Shown one piece after another: positions 34,395-44,353 of a stretch of 64,000 bases of DNA. Position numbers and translations under genes: made by a program. Source of the stretch: an uncultured delta proteobacterium (lineage in GTDB: Bacteria; Myxococcota; UBA727; VGSZ01). The stretch covers positions 32,001-96,000 of the forward strand of contig CAVZJB010000008.1 of assembly GCA_963775425.1 (NCBI GenBank). Direction: 5' to 3'. Under the pieces are notes generated by a model, which was not told the DNA's origin, did not search any database, and worked only from the letters and a program-made list of their open reading frames with translations. Each line of letters opens with the position of its first letter. Position 1 is the stretch's first letter.

Positions 34395-36053
34395 ATGCAA
34401 GCGCTTGCGCCGAGGTCGTTGGGTGTGCTCGTTGCTGCGATGATGAGCGCAGGCGCCGGCGGGTGTGCGTACGAGCTCGGCTGCACGGCCGACGCCGACT
34501 GCCCCGGTGACGAGTCGTGTTTCCGCGCGCGCTGCGCCGTCGTCGTCGAGGTCGAGGGCGAGGGCGAGGGCGAAGGCGAAGGAGAAGGCGAAGGCGAAGG
34601 AGAAGGCGAAGGAGAGGGCGAAGGAGAAGGCGAAGGAGAGGGCGAAGGAGAGGGCGAAGGAGAGGGCGAGGGCGAGGGCGAGGGCGAAGGCGAAGGCGAA
34701 GGAGAGGGAGAGGGCGAAGGAGAGGGCGAGGGCGAAGGAGAGGGCGACCCGTGCGGCAACGGCGCCTTCGACGGCGGCGAAGAGTGCGACGACGGCAACA
34801 CCGCCGACGGCGACGGCTGCAGCGCCGCGTGCGTCGTCGAGGACCACTTCGCCTGCCGCGGGCAACCGAGCGTGTGCGACGGCGTCTGCGGCGACGGCTT
34901 CATCGTGGGCGCGGAGACCTGCGACGACCAGAACGCGAGCCCGGCCGACGGCTGTGACGCGTGCGCCGTGAGCGCGGGCTTTCGCTGCGTGGGAGCGCCG
35001 AGCGCGTGCTTTCCGGACTTCGCCTTCCCCGTCACCGGCGTCGACACCACCGCGCTCACGCCGCACGGCGCGCTTCACATCACCTGCAACACGCGGCTCG
35101 ACACGACGGACGCGCAGCCGACGTTCAGCAACGCGTCCTGCGTCGACGGCTTCGACCCCGCGAGCGTCACCGACGCCGCGGACGGCAGCATGACCATCGC
35201 GGTCACCGGCCTCGTCATCGACGGCTCCCGCACGCTCACCATCGAGGGCACGCGCGCGCTCACCTTCGCAGTCTTCGGCGACGCGAGCATCGCCGGCGTC
35301 GTCACGGCGCCGGGGAGCTCGAACGGCGCGGGCCCGGGGGCGCGCGCGGCCGGCGACGCCGCCTGCACCGCCGGCGCCGGCGGGAACCATAACAACGGCG
35401 GCGGCGGGGGCGGCGGGGGCGGCTTCGGCACGACCGGCGGCGACGGCGGCCAGGGCAACGGCGGCGGCTCCGCGTCCGGCGGCGCAGCGTTCGCCGCGGG
35501 CGCGCTCCGCCTCGGCGGCTGCCCCGGCGGCGACGGCGGCTCAGACGGCAACGCGAACGGCGGCGGCGGCGGGGGCGGCGGGGGCGCCCTGCAGCTCGCG
35601 GTCGCGGGCGCGCTCGTCGTCACCGGCAGCGTGGGCGCGCCCGGCGCGGGCGGGGGCGGCTCGTCGACGCAATCGAGCAAGCACGCGGGCGGCGCCGGCG
35701 GCGGCTCCGGCGGCCTCGTGCGCATCGAGGCGGACTCCGTGGACGTCTCCGGCCACATCACGGCCAACGGCGGCGGCGGCGGCTCCGGACGCGACGCCGG
35801 CGGAAACGGCGGGCGCGACGGCAACGACGGCTCCGCCACCAACACCAACGCCGCGAGCGGCGCGACCAGCGGGACCGACGGGGGCGACGGCGCTTCCACC
35901 AGCGATGCCGGCGACGGTCAGGACGGCGGCTCGTCGAACGGCGCCGGCGGCGGTGGCGGCGGCGCCGGCGTGCTCGACGTCGCGTCGCACACCACGTGCA
36001 CGCTGGACCCGACGCGGATCAGCCCGCCGGCCGCCTGCCGCACGATCCCCTGA
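34395..36053 (+). CDS. Lipoprotein with (EG)32 linker, Cys-rich DUF4215-type repeats and a Gly-rich domain
   Basis: Lipobox-like GGC, two CGNG/CGDG...ECDDGN...DGC repeats, GGGGG tracts. Confidence 0.85.
   Translation: MQALAPRSLGVLVAAMMSAGAGGCAYELGCTADADCPGDESCFRARCAVVVEVEGEGEGEGEGEGEGEGEGEGEGEGEGEGEGEGEGEGEGEGEGEGEGEGEGEGEGEGEGEGEGEGDPCGNGAFDGGEECDDGNTADGDGCSAACVVEDHFACRGQPSVCDGVCGDGFIVGAETCDDQNASPADGCDACAVSAGFRCVGAPSACFPDFAFPVTGVDTTALTPHGALHITCNTRLDTTDAQPTFSNASCVDGFDPASVTDAADGSMTIAVTGLVIDGSRTLTIEGTRALTFAVFGDASIAGVVTAPGSSNGAGPGARAAGDAACTAGAGGNHNNGGGGGGGGGFGTTGGDGGQGNGGGSASGGAAFAAGALRLGGCPGGDGGSDGNANGGGGGGGGGALQLAVAGALVVTGSVGAPGAGGGGSSTQSSKHAGGAGGGSGGLVRIEADSVDVSGHITANGGGGGSGRDAGGNGGRDGNDGSATNTNAASGATSGTDGGDGASTSDAGDGQDGGSSNGAGGGGGGAGVLDVASHTTCTLDPTRISPPAACRTIP
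34554..34745 (+). repeat. Coding hexamer repeat, 32 x Glu-Gly
   Basis: GARGGM units over 192 nt with synonymous variation. Confidence 0.95.
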
Positions 36054-36134
36054 GGGAGCGGCCGCGTTCAAGTGCGACCGGAGGGAGCGGCCGCGTTCAA
36101 GTGCGACCGGAGGGAGCGGCCGCGTTCAAGTGCG
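36052..36134. repeat. 29-bp tandem repeat, about 2.9 copies
   Basis: GAGGGAGCGGCCGCGTTCAAGTGCGACCG at 36052 and 36081, partial copy at 36110; no spacers. Confidence 0.9.
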
Positions 36135-36181
36135 CCGCGCGCTGTGGGCGGGGCGAGGATTTCCGTGAGGTGACCCTTGCA

Positions 36182-36294
36182 GCGGCGAGGTCCTTCCCCG
36201 CAGGGCGCCCGCCACCGGCACCTTGGCGGCGTTGCTTGCGGCCCGTCTCGGCGCGAAGAGAACCTGGGCGCCCGCAGGGGAAGGGCCTCGCCGC
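36182..36294. repeat. Imperfect 29-bp inverted repeat enclosing 55 nt
   Basis: 36182-36210 pairs with 36266-36294 (25/29 Watson-Crick plus one G-U). Confidence 0.75.
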
Positions 36295-36332
36295 CGGATC
36301 AGGCGGCGCGGCCCGTCCCTCTCGGGCGGCGT

Positions 36333-37949
36333 TCAATTGCCCTTCGGCGGGAAGTTGCCCTTCCTGATCGACTCCATCAGCTTCTTGCGGACGTCCGGGG
36401 GCAGCTTGTCCATGCCGGGGATCATGCCGCCGCCGCCCATCATCCCCGCAGGAGGCGTGGGTGGCTTCTTGAAGAGGTCGTCGGGCTTGTCGAGGCGGTT
36501 GCGGGTGAAGGCCGCGACGACGTAGGTGAGGTCGTCGACGCCGCCCTTGGCGTAATACTCGCGCGGCTTGGCGTCCTTCTTGGCGTCGTCACCGAGCGCC
36601 ACCGGCTCGCCGAAGCGCAGCACCTGCTTCTTGCCGCCTTTGAGGTCGATCTCGACGACCGGCGAGGGCCTGGCCATCGCGGTCTTGGGCGCGTCGTCGG
36701 CGAGGTGCGTGGCGCGCGTGCGCAACAAGCTCCCGACCTGCATCCCGATCTGCGACGCGTCGAAGCCGTCGGGCGCCTTCTTGGGCTCCACGAGCTTCCA
36801 CGCGGTGCCGTCCTTCTTCACCACCAGCGTGCCCTGCGAGCCCTTGAAGGTGACCTTCTCGATGTTCGCGATGTCGGCGTCGACGAGCGTCATCTCGCGC
36901 ATGTCGTCGAGCGTGCGGTTGAGCTGCTTGGCGCTGTAGCTCGCCACCAGGTAGACCTGAGGGTCGCCGTCGAGCTTCACGTAGACGCGCTTCTTGTCGT
37001 CTTCCTTGCCGACGTTGATGACGACGCTCTTGCCGTCCTTGGTGGTGAGCTCCACCTTGGTGTGCGCGCCGGCGAGGCCGGCGTCGGCGTCGCTCACGCC
37101 GTCGGCGAAGTCCTGCGCGCGCAGCGTGGCGACGGCCGACGCCACCCGCGACAGTTGCGACTTGTCGAGGCGGAAGCCCGCGGGCAGCGACGAAGGCTCG
37201 ACGAGGCTCCACTCGGGCCGCGGCGGCGGCGGTGGCGGACCCGCGTCGGGCGTGTCCGGCGCCGGCGGCGCCGGCGGGGTCTTGGCCTCGACCACGACCT
37301 TCTGTCCGTCGGCGGACGTGGTGGCGACGCGGGTGATGTCGTCGAGCTTGACGTCGACGATGGCCTTCTTGCGCCAGCCGCTCACGTCCTTCTTGATGAT
37401 GCTGCCGAGGCGCCCCTTGGCGACGTAGACGTCGCTGGAGCCCGCCTTGCGCACGGTGCTCCCGCCGCCCTTGGCCGGCCGGCCGAACACGAGGTCGAGC
37501 GCCTTGCCCTCCTTGGTCGAGACGACCACCACCGTGCCCTGGGCGTCGTCGATGTCGAAGTCGGCGAGCTTGTCTTTCTTGTTGGAGATGAGGTCGCCGG
37601 TGGCAAAGTCGTCGACCGCGTCGAGCACCATCTTCATCTGGGCGTCGTCGGCGGCGTACTTCTTGTCGGCGGCGACGCCGTCGTAGACCTTCCAGCTCTC
37701 GCCGTCCTTCTCGAGCACCACCTTGCGGGCCGGCGCGTTGGACGCGGGGCCGGCGTCGGCCGCGTCGCCCGGCGTGGGCGCGGGCATGGTGACGTCGATC
37801 TTGGTGACGGCGTCTTTGTCGATCTTTTCGACTTTGAGCTCCTTGACGCCCTCTTTCGCCTCCTTGCCCTGCTGCCCGATGACGATGAACAGCAGCACCA
37901 CGAAGACGATGAGGGCGATGACGAGCCCGATGCCTCCGTTCTTGCTCAC
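36333..37949 (-). CDS. DUF4340 domain protein
   Basis: N-terminal TM anchor, repeated modules (WRKKAIVDV, MREMTLV, YVKLDGDPQVY); last gene of a Gld-like ABC operon. Confidence 0.8.
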   Translation of the reverse strand: MSKNGGIGLVIALIVFVVLLFIVIGQQGKEAKEGVKELKVEKIDKDAVTKIDVTMPAPTPGDAADAGPASNAPARKVVLEKDGESWKVYDGVAADKKYAADDAQMKMVLDAVDDFATGDLISNKKDKLADFDIDDAQGTVVVVSTKEGKALDLVFGRPAKGGGSTVRKAGSSDVYVAKGRLGSIIKKDVSGWRKKAIVDVKLDDITRVATTSADGQKVVVEAKTPPAPPAPDTPDAGPPPPPPRPEWSLVEPSSLPAGFRLDKSQLSRVASAVATLRAQDFADGVSDADAGLAGAHTKVELTTKDGKSVVINVGKEDDKKRVYVKLDGDPQVYLVASYSAKQLNRTLDDMREMTLVDADIANIEKVTFKGSQGTLVVKKDGTAWKLVEPKKAPDGFDASQIGMQVGSLLRTRATHLADDAPKTAMARPSPVVEIDLKGGKKQVLRFGEPVALGDDAKKDAKPREYYAKGGVDDLTYVVAAFTRNRLDKPDDLFKKPPTPPAGMMGGGGMIPGMDKLPPDVRKKLMESIRKGNFPPKGN

Positions 37950-39574
37950 ACTGCACCTCCGGCCGCGCTCATCAGGCGGCGACGACGCGCCTCACGCAGG
38001 CGCCAGCGAACGATGCCCACGATCACGAGGAGCAGGGGCACCCCGATGACGTTTCCGTACTTCACGCCGTTGCGCGCCCCGTCCGACAGATCGGGCGCGA
38101 ACGGCGCCTCGGACTGGCCGCGCGTGCGCATCTCGAGGAGCTTCTTGTCGAGCGACAGCCAGTCGACCATGTTGAGCACGAGCGCGGCGTTCTGCGGCCC
38201 CATCACCTGCGGGCTGAAGATGGACGAGGTGCCGGCGACGACGACGCGCGCCTCGTTCTCGCTGCTCTTTCCCTGCTCGGCGTACGACGGGAGCTGGCCC
38301 CGGGCCTGCGCGATGAGCGTGTAGGGGCCGGTGAAGCCGACGTCGGCGGAGCCCCAGTCACGGCGCGGGTTGAGGTTCTCCGGCGAGGCGTCCTCGAGCC
38401 AGCTCTTGGCCGACGACCTGGCCAGCGGCTTCACGTCGAGGCCCGCGATGTCCTTCTTGGGGAACAGGGGCGTCGGGAACGGCAGCGTGATGTCCGTGAT
38501 GCCCTTGGTCATGGGGCTGTCGCCCTCGAGCGCCTTGGGCATGGGGATGAACGGGTACTTGAGCGGCATGGCGATGACCATGAAGCCGCGCTTCTCCTGC
38601 ACGTTGAGGCTGGCGCACTCGACGTCGCCCACGAGCTGGGAGCCGAGGTCGACGCCGTAGGCCGAGACGAGCGCGTCGAGGTTCTCGCCGTTCGGCGTCG
38701 GCTGGAAGGTCTTGAAGTCGATGATGTCCTTGTCGAGGAAGAAGCCCGCCGACTTGCCCTTCATCATCCAGGCGTCGATGGCCTTCATCTCGTCCTCGGT
38801 GTACGGCTTGGTGGGGCCGATGACGAGGAGCGTGTCGATGTCGTCAGGCACCGGGTTGGTGCCGAGGTTCACCGCCTTGACCTCGTAGTTGGGCTTCAAC
38901 AGTTGGGTGAACTTGGAGAGGTCGTGCCCCTGGTCCTCGGGCGACGACGCCTCGAGCGCGGGCTCGCCGTGGCCCTGCACGATGCCGATGACGGGCGTCT
39001 TCTTGCGCACCATCTTGCGGATCATGGTGGTGAGGTCGTACTCGAGCGTGGTGGTGTCCTGCACCACGGGGATGGCGTCCTTGTCCTCGCCGTAGCGGAT
39101 GGCCAGGCCCATGTACGCGCGCTTGGTCTGCGCCTGGTCCTCCTCGAAGACGCGCACCTCGACGGGTTGGATGCCGAGCCCCTCGAGCTCCGTCTCCACC
39201 GAGGTCTTCTCGCGGACGGCGCGGCCGAAGATGTCGTGCTTGACGTCCTTCTTCTTCTCCTTGTCCTCGTCCGTCTCCTGGCTCTGCGGGTCGATGAACT
39301 CGAAGGAGAGGTTGCCGTGTGACGCCGCGCGGTACTCCTCGAGGAGGTCCTTGAGGTAGCGCGCGTTGTCCGAGAACGGCGGCGGCAGGTTCTCCGTGAA
39401 GTACGCGGTGACCTTCACGGGGTTTTCGAGGTCCTTGAGCGTGTCGCGCGTGGCGTCGGACAGCGTGAAGGCCTTGTCGTGCGTGAGGTCGAGCCGCGTG
39501 AACAGCCCGATGGACACGACGTTCAACAGGATGAGGGAGCCCGCGATGAGCAGGGCGAATGCGGATTTCTGCAT
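37946..39574 (-). CDS. GldG-family ABC auxiliary component
   Basis: RLDLTHDKAFTLSDAT, LLEEY, FIDP, EYDLT, GHGEP and C-terminal TM; ATG 39574. Confidence 0.88.
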   Translation of the reverse strand: MQKSAFALLIAGSLILLNVVSIGLFTRLDLTHDKAFTLSDATRDTLKDLENPVKVTAYFTENLPPPFSDNARYLKDLLEEYRAASHGNLSFEFIDPQSQETDEDKEKKKDVKHDIFGRAVREKTSVETELEGLGIQPVEVRVFEEDQAQTKRAYMGLAIRYGEDKDAIPVVQDTTTLEYDLTTMIRKMVRKKTPVIGIVQGHGEPALEASSPEDQGHDLSKFTQLLKPNYEVKAVNLGTNPVPDDIDTLLVIGPTKPYTEDEMKAIDAWMMKGKSAGFFLDKDIIDFKTFQPTPNGENLDALVSAYGVDLGSQLVGDVECASLNVQEKRGFMVIAMPLKYPFIPMPKALEGDSPMTKGITDITLPFPTPLFPKKDIAGLDVKPLARSSAKSWLEDASPENLNPRRDWGSADVGFTGPYTLIAQARGQLPSYAEQGKSSENEARVVVAGTSSIFSPQVMGPQNAALVLNMVDWLSLDKKLLEMRTRGQSEAPFAPDLSDGARNGVKYGNVIGVPLLLVIVGIVRWRLREARRRRLMSAAGGAV

Positions 39575-39576
39575 GA

Positions 39577-40302
39577 TTACTGCCTCACCGACGCCAACTG
39601 GCGCGTGGTTCCGATCAGCCCGATCGCGGTGACGGTGATGTAATAGAAGAGGTCGCGCGTATCGATGACGCCGCGGGCGATGTTCTCGAAGTGGTAGTTG
39701 ACGCTGAGGTACTGCGCGATGCCCGCGAGGGACTCCGGCAGCACGATGGCGATGCGGTCCGGGATCCACAGCGCGAAGCAGAGCGCCAGGCCGACGATGA
39801 ACCCGACGATCTGGTTCTTGTTCATGGCGGAGGCCCACATGCCCCACGCGAGGAACGACGACGCCATCAGCATCACCCCGACGTAGCCGCCGATGACGGG
39901 GCCCCAGTCGAAGGTGACGCCCGGCGCCGTGACCGCCACGAGGCTGAACGGGTAGGGAAGCGTGAACAGCATGGCCACGCCGACGGTGGCGAGCGCGGCG
40001 AGGAACTTGCCCGCCACCACCTCCCACTCCTTCACCGGCAACGTCATCAGCATCTCGAGCGTGCCGCTTTTGCGCTCCTCGGCGATGAGCCGCATGGTGA
40101 TGGCGGGCGCGAGGAACAGGAACAGCACGGGCGCGAGCCCGAAGAACCCGCGCATGCTGGCCTTGCCCACGATGAACAGGCCCGAGAAGAAGAAGAAGAG
40201 GTAGCCGGCGGCCGCGAGGAAGACGCCGAGCACGATGTACGCGATGGGCGCGTTGAAGAACGCAGCCAGCTCTCGCCTGGCGATGCGCAACGTATGGCTC
40301 AT
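39577..40302 (-). CDS. GldF-like ABC-2 permease
   Basis: IARRELAAFFNAPIAY, PAITMRLIAEERKSGTLE, GKFLA and RGVIDTRD. Confidence 0.9.
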   Translation of the reverse strand: MSHTLRIARRELAAFFNAPIAYIVLGVFLAAAGYLFFFFSGLFIVGKASMRGFFGLAPVLFLFLAPAITMRLIAEERKSGTLEMLMTLPVKEWEVVAGKFLAALATVGVAMLFTLPYPFSLVAVTAPGVTFDWGPVIGGYVGVMLMASSFLAWGMWASAMNKNQIVGFIVGLALCFALWIPDRIAIVLPESLAGIAQYLSVNYHFENIARGVIDTRDLFYYITVTAIGLIGTTRQLASVRQ

Positions 40303-41267
40303 GACTTGGCCTCCGCCTTCTCGTGGGTGGTGAGCTTGCGGAACGTCTCCTCGAGAGACATCGAACGGTGCTCGAGGCCGAGCAGCACGAGCTTGTTGTC
40401 GACGACGGTGTCGAACAGCTTGCGCCTCAGGTCGATCTTGCCCTTCACCGCGAGGGACAACGCGAGCGCGCCCTTCTCCGACGACGGCCGCTCGATGACC
40501 TTCTCGACGCCCTCGAGCTTGAGCACGTCCTTGACGTCGGCGAAGGCGACGGGGCCGTCCCTGCCGGTGACGATGAGGTCGACGGTGCCGCCCTCGGCGG
40601 CGAGCGAGTCGGGGGCGCCGTCGGCGACGATCTTGCCCTCGTTGATGATGACCGCGCGCGTGCACATGTGCTGCACCTCGGGCAGCACGTGGGTGGAGAG
40701 GATGACGGTCTTCTCCTTGCCCAGCTCGCGAATCAGGTTGCGAATCTCGACGACCTGGTTCGGGTCGAGGCCGGTGGTGGGCTCGTCGAGGATGAGCAGG
40801 TCGGGGTCGTGCAGGATGGCCTGGGCGAGACCCACGCGCTGCCGGAAGCCCTTGGAGAGCTCGCCGATGTCCTTGCCGCGCACCGTGCCGAGGCCGCAGC
40901 GCTCGACGGCGACGTCGATGGCGTGCGCCTTCTTGTCCGCGGGGACGTCGCGCATGTCGGCGACGTAGCCGAGGAGCTCGTCGACCATCATCTCCTCGTA
41001 GAGCGGGTTGTTCTCCGGGAGGTAGCCGACGTGCTTGCGCGCCTCGACGGGATCGTCGGTCACGGAGACGCCCGCGACCTTGACGCTCCCGGCGGTGCGC
41101 TCCACGTACCCGGTGAGGATCTTCATCGTCGTCGACTTCCCCGCGCCGTTGGGCCCGAGAAAACCGACGACCTGCCCTTTGGGAACCTCGAAGCTGATTC
41201 CGCGCAAAGCCTCGGTGGGCCCGTAGCGCTTCGTCAGTCCCTCGATGGCGATCATCGGACCGTCCAT
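40299..41267 (-). CDS. GldA-like ABC ATP-binding protein
   Basis: GPNGAGKST, LSKGFRQRVGLAQA, LILDEPT and STH; start at 41267 or 41255. Confidence 0.93.
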   Translation of the reverse strand: MDGPMIAIEGLTKRYGPTEALRGISFEVPKGQVVGFLGPNGAGKSTTMKILTGYVERTAGSVKVAGVSVTDDPVEARKHVGYLPENNPLYEEMMVDELLGYVADMRDVPADKKAHAIDVAVERCGLGTVRGKDIGELSKGFRQRVGLAQAILHDPDLLILDEPTTGLDPNQVVEIRNLIRELGKEKTVILSTHVLPEVQHMCTRAVIINEGKIVADGAPDSLAAEGGTVDLIVTGRDGPVAFADVKDVLKLEGVEKVIERPSSEKGALALSLAVKGKIDLRRKLFDTVVDNKLVLLGLEHRSMSLEETFRKLTTHEKAEAKS

Positions 41268-41378
41268 GCAAACCTCCGCATCGTCGTTTCCGCGCGGAAT
41301 CTGCGCGCGGTCCACGACGTCGTCAAGAGCGAAGGTTCGGTCCTTTCTTATTCCCGGGAGCGGCGGGATCCGCCGGCG

Positions 41379-41978
41379 TCAGCGAAGAGTCTGCGTGCTC
41401 TCGAAGACAATGGCGCCGGTGCGGGCGTTGTAGAGGCGAATTGCCTCGACCTCGAACATCACGCCCTTCACCGTCTTGCGGCCGCCGCTCATCTGCCATG
41501 TCCTGCCGAACTTGCCGACGATCTGGATGCCCGCCATTCCGGTGGTGGTGAGGCGGCGCAGGTCGAGGTCCGTGAGCTCGTCGGGGCTGGTGCCGTCGAT
41601 CGGCCGCTTCTTCATGACCACGTTGCCGTCCCCGGAGATCTTCTGCGGGCGGCCGACGGTGAGCGCGAGCCCGTTGCCCACGTCGTACAGCGGCGCCCAC
41701 ACGAAGCGCGCCTTGCCGTGCGGCCTCCCGCCCCAGCTCAACAGGCGGTCGTAGCCCGAGCCGAGGTCGAGCGAGACGAGCCTCCCCTTGACCTTCTCCT
41801 TGAGGTCCTTGGTGTTCTCGAGGCACTCCCCGTTGACCGCCCCGCCCCCTGCGTCGCACGCGCCCACGAGCGCTGCGATGGCCTTGGCCGGGTGATCGAG
41901 CTCGAGCGCCTGCTTCTTGAGCGAGTCGAACGACGCGCCGCCGGCGGCCACGAAGAGGGCGAGGGCGATGTGGTGCAT
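41379..41978 (-). CDS. Secreted myxobacterial hypothetical protein (possibly DUF6066)
   Basis: Signal peptide, FDSLK..A, VGAC...EC Cys pair; family name is from memory only. Confidence 0.6.
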   Translation of the reverse strand: MHHIALALFVAAGGASFDSLKKQALELDHPAKAIAALVGACDAGGGAVNGECLENTKDLKEKVKGRLVSLDLGSGYDRLLSWGGRPHGKARFVWAPLYDVGNGLALTVGRPQKISGDGNVVMKKRPIDGTSPDELTDLDLRRLTTTGMAGIQIVGKFGRTWQMSGGRKTVKGVMFEVEAIRLYNARTGAIVFESTQTLR

Positions 41979-42057
41979 CCATCGATGCTAACCGAGGCCC
42001 GCCCGCCACGGCGGCCGCGAGACACGCGGGCTCGCCGCGGGGAGCGCGCCCGCCGTC

Positions 42058-44304
42058 TCATCGCGCGGGCGGATCGGCGCCGGGCGCGATGAGACGGGTG
42101 AGAAAGCGGGGCGCCCACCAGTTCCAATCGCCGAGCAGGTGCATGGTGGCCGGCACCAGCAGGGTGCGGACCACGGCGGCGTCGAGGAACACCGCCACCG
42201 CGATGCCCACGGCGAGAGTCTTGATGAGCACGAGGTGCGACGTGGCGAAGCACATGACCACGACGACGAGCAGCAGCGCCGCGCTCGTGATCAAGCGGCC
42301 GGTGCGGGCGAGGCCGCGGGAGACGGCGCGGCCGTTGTCGCCGCCCTTCACGTACTCCTCGCGCACGCGCGACAGGAGCAGCACCTCGTAGTCCATGCTC
42401 AAGCCGAACACGATGGCGAACATCAGCACCGGGACGCTCGACTCCGTGGTGCCGAGCGGCTCATAGGAGAACAGCGAGGACAGCCGGCCGTCCTGGAACA
42501 CCCACACGATGGCCCCGAAGCTCGCCGTCAACGACAAGAGGTTCATGACGATGGCCTTGAGCGGCAGCACCACGGAGCCGAAGACGAAGAACAGCACGAG
42601 CGCCATGGTCACCGCGATGAACGCGACCATCGACGGCGTGTGCGCGCGCAGCGCGTGGCGCACGTCGAGGACCCACGCGCTCTGGCCGCCGACGAGCACG
42701 TGCGTCCCCGGCGGCGGCGTCACCGCGCGCAGCGCCGTGACCTGCGCGAGCGCGCGATCGTCGTCGACGGCGAAGCGCGACACGGCCGCGAGGCGTGCGG
42801 TGTCGCCGGAGACGAAGAGCGCGCGGGCCGCGCGTGAGGCGTCGTCGCCGGCGGCGAGCATGCGCGCGGCCTGGTCGGGGGCGCCGGGGAACACCGATTG
42901 CGGGCCCGCCACCTCGGCGACGCCCGGGACCGCGGCGAGGCGGTCGCCGTAGTCGATGAGCGCGCGGATGCCCCTCTCGTCGAAGGAGGCGCCGTCGTCG
43001 CGCACCACGAGGACCTCGTGGGGCGTGGTGAGGTGCGCGAGGAAGTCGTCGTCGATGATGGCCTGCGTGGCGCGCGCGCCGTCGCCGCGGGGCAGGGCGC
43101 GGGCGTCGGCGATGGAGGGCGCGAGCCGCAGGAAGGGGACGGCGCAGACACCGAGCGCGAGGACGACGACGACGCACACCGCCAGCGGCCGGCGGGTGAC
43201 GAAGGAGGCCAGGCGGTGCCAGGGCCCCGCGTCCTCCTTGAGCTCGTCGGGGAGCGGCAGGCCGAAGGGGATGCGCAGCGCGTTCACGCGCGACCCCAGA
43301 ACGACCAGCAAGGCGGGCAGCAGCGTGATGGCGAGCGCGACGGTGGCGAGGGTGACGGCGATGCCGCCGACGGCCACGCTGCGCAGCACGCCGTGGGGAA
43401 ACATGAACAGGCCGCAGAGCGACACGGCGACGGTGGTGCCGGAGAAGGCCACCGCGCGGCCCGCGGTGGACATGGCGCGGGCGACGGCGATGGCCGTGCG
43501 TCGCCGGTCCGGGCGCGCCTTGGTGCCGAGCTCCTCGCGAAAGCGCATGAGCACGAACAGCGAGTAGTCGATGGCGAGGCCGAGGCCGAGGATGGTGGCG
43601 ACGTTGGCGGCGAAGATGGTGACGTCGCTGACGGCGTGAAGCGCGCGCAAGATGGCGAGCGACATGGCGACGGCGACGCTCCCGATGATGACCGGGAGCG
43701 CCGCGCTCACCACGCTGCGAAACAGGAGCAGGAGCAAGACCAGCGTGAGCGGGAGCGCGAACAGCTCGGCGCGCCGCAGGTCGTGCTCGACGGTGGAGGT
43801 GATGCCCTCGAAGACGGGCGCGTACCCGCCGAAGCCGACCTCGAAGCCCTCGGCGGAGAACAGCGGCTTGAGGCGGTCGGCCGCGCGCACCTTCTCGACG
43901 TCGGGGCCGTTGAGCGTGACCAGGGCGACGGTGCGCGTGCGGTCGCGCGAGACCAGCCAGGGCGCGCCCGTCGAGTAGAAGCTCACGACGCGGGCGACGG
44001 CGGGGTCGGCCTCGGCGCGCGCGAGCGCGGGGACCACGCTCGACCACGCGGCGACGTCGTCGACGGTGCCGGGGCCGTCGGGCCCGGGCTTGGCCGTGTA
44101 GAGCACCACGAGGTCGCCCGCGACGAACTTGCGCGAGAGCTTGGCAGCGATGGAGCTCTCGGCGGAGGGGTCGCGAAAGCCGCCCGGCTGCAGCTCGTGG
44201 AGCACGCCGGCGCCGTAGGCTGCCGCGAGCGGGACGACGAGCGCATACGCGGCGATGACGGCGAACTTCGCGCGGATCACGAGCCGGCCGATCGTCGACA
44301 ACAC
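42058..44304 (-). CDS. MMPL family RND transporter
   Basis: GLGLAIDY.LF...RFREE, AGRAVAFSG, FGLSMDYEV..SRVREE and LGDWNWWAP. Confidence 0.93.
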   Translation of the reverse strand: MLSTIGRLVIRAKFAVIAAYALVVPLAAAYGAGVLHELQPGGFRDPSAESSIAAKLSRKFVAGDLVVLYTAKPGPDGPGTVDDVAAWSSVVPALARAEADPAVARVVSFYSTGAPWLVSRDRTRTVALVTLNGPDVEKVRAADRLKPLFSAEGFEVGFGGYAPVFEGITSTVEHDLRRAELFALPLTLVLLLLLFRSVVSAALPVIIGSVAVAMSLAILRALHAVSDVTIFAANVATILGLGLAIDYSLFVLMRFREELGTKARPDRRRTAIAVARAMSTAGRAVAFSGTTVAVSLCGLFMFPHGVLRSVAVGGIAVTLATVALAITLLPALLVVLGSRVNALRIPFGLPLPDELKEDAGPWHRLASFVTRRPLAVCVVVVLALGVCAVPFLRLAPSIADARALPRGDGARATQAIIDDDFLAHLTTPHEVLVVRDDGASFDERGIRALIDYGDRLAAVPGVAEVAGPQSVFPGAPDQAARMLAAGDDASRAARALFVSGDTARLAAVSRFAVDDDRALAQVTALRAVTPPPGTHVLVGGQSAWVLDVRHALRAHTPSMVAFIAVTMALVLFFVFGSVVLPLKAIVMNLLSLTASFGAIVWVFQDGRLSSLFSYEPLGTTESSVPVLMFAIVFGLSMDYEVLLLSRVREEYVKGGDNGRAVSRGLARTGRLITSAALLLVVVVMCFATSHLVLIKTLAVGIAVAVFLDAAVVRTLLVPATMHLLGDWNWWAPRFLTRLIAPGADPPAR

Positions 44305-44353
44305 GCTCCGCGTGTAGCACGCCTGCGCCGCCCGTCGATGCCGCCGTTCGGCG

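Noticed and set aside
34130-35059. (SP)n-repeat ORF on the minus strand
   Set aside because: It is the antisense reading of the (EG)n repeat; the plus-strand gene has the signal peptide and recognisable domains.
30516-35390. 1624-aa minus-strand ORF and the many other long Arg/Ala-rich ORFs
   Set aside because: Antisense or off-frame shadows of real high-GC genes; no motifs and wrong codon periodicity.
36052-36134. 29-bp repeats as a CRISPR array
   Set aside because: Repeats are head-to-tail with no spacers, and there are no cas genes in the window.
36215-36330. SAM-I-like words (GAGGGACGGGCC, GCAAC, AAGGTGCC) on the minus strand
   Set aside because: Located downstream of convergent genes, and spacing and P1 do not fit a riboswitch.
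36333-41267. Gld-like operon as Bacteroidetes-type gliding machinery
   Set aside because: GldAFG-like ABC plus DUF4340 operons are widespread and do not by themselves imply that motility system.
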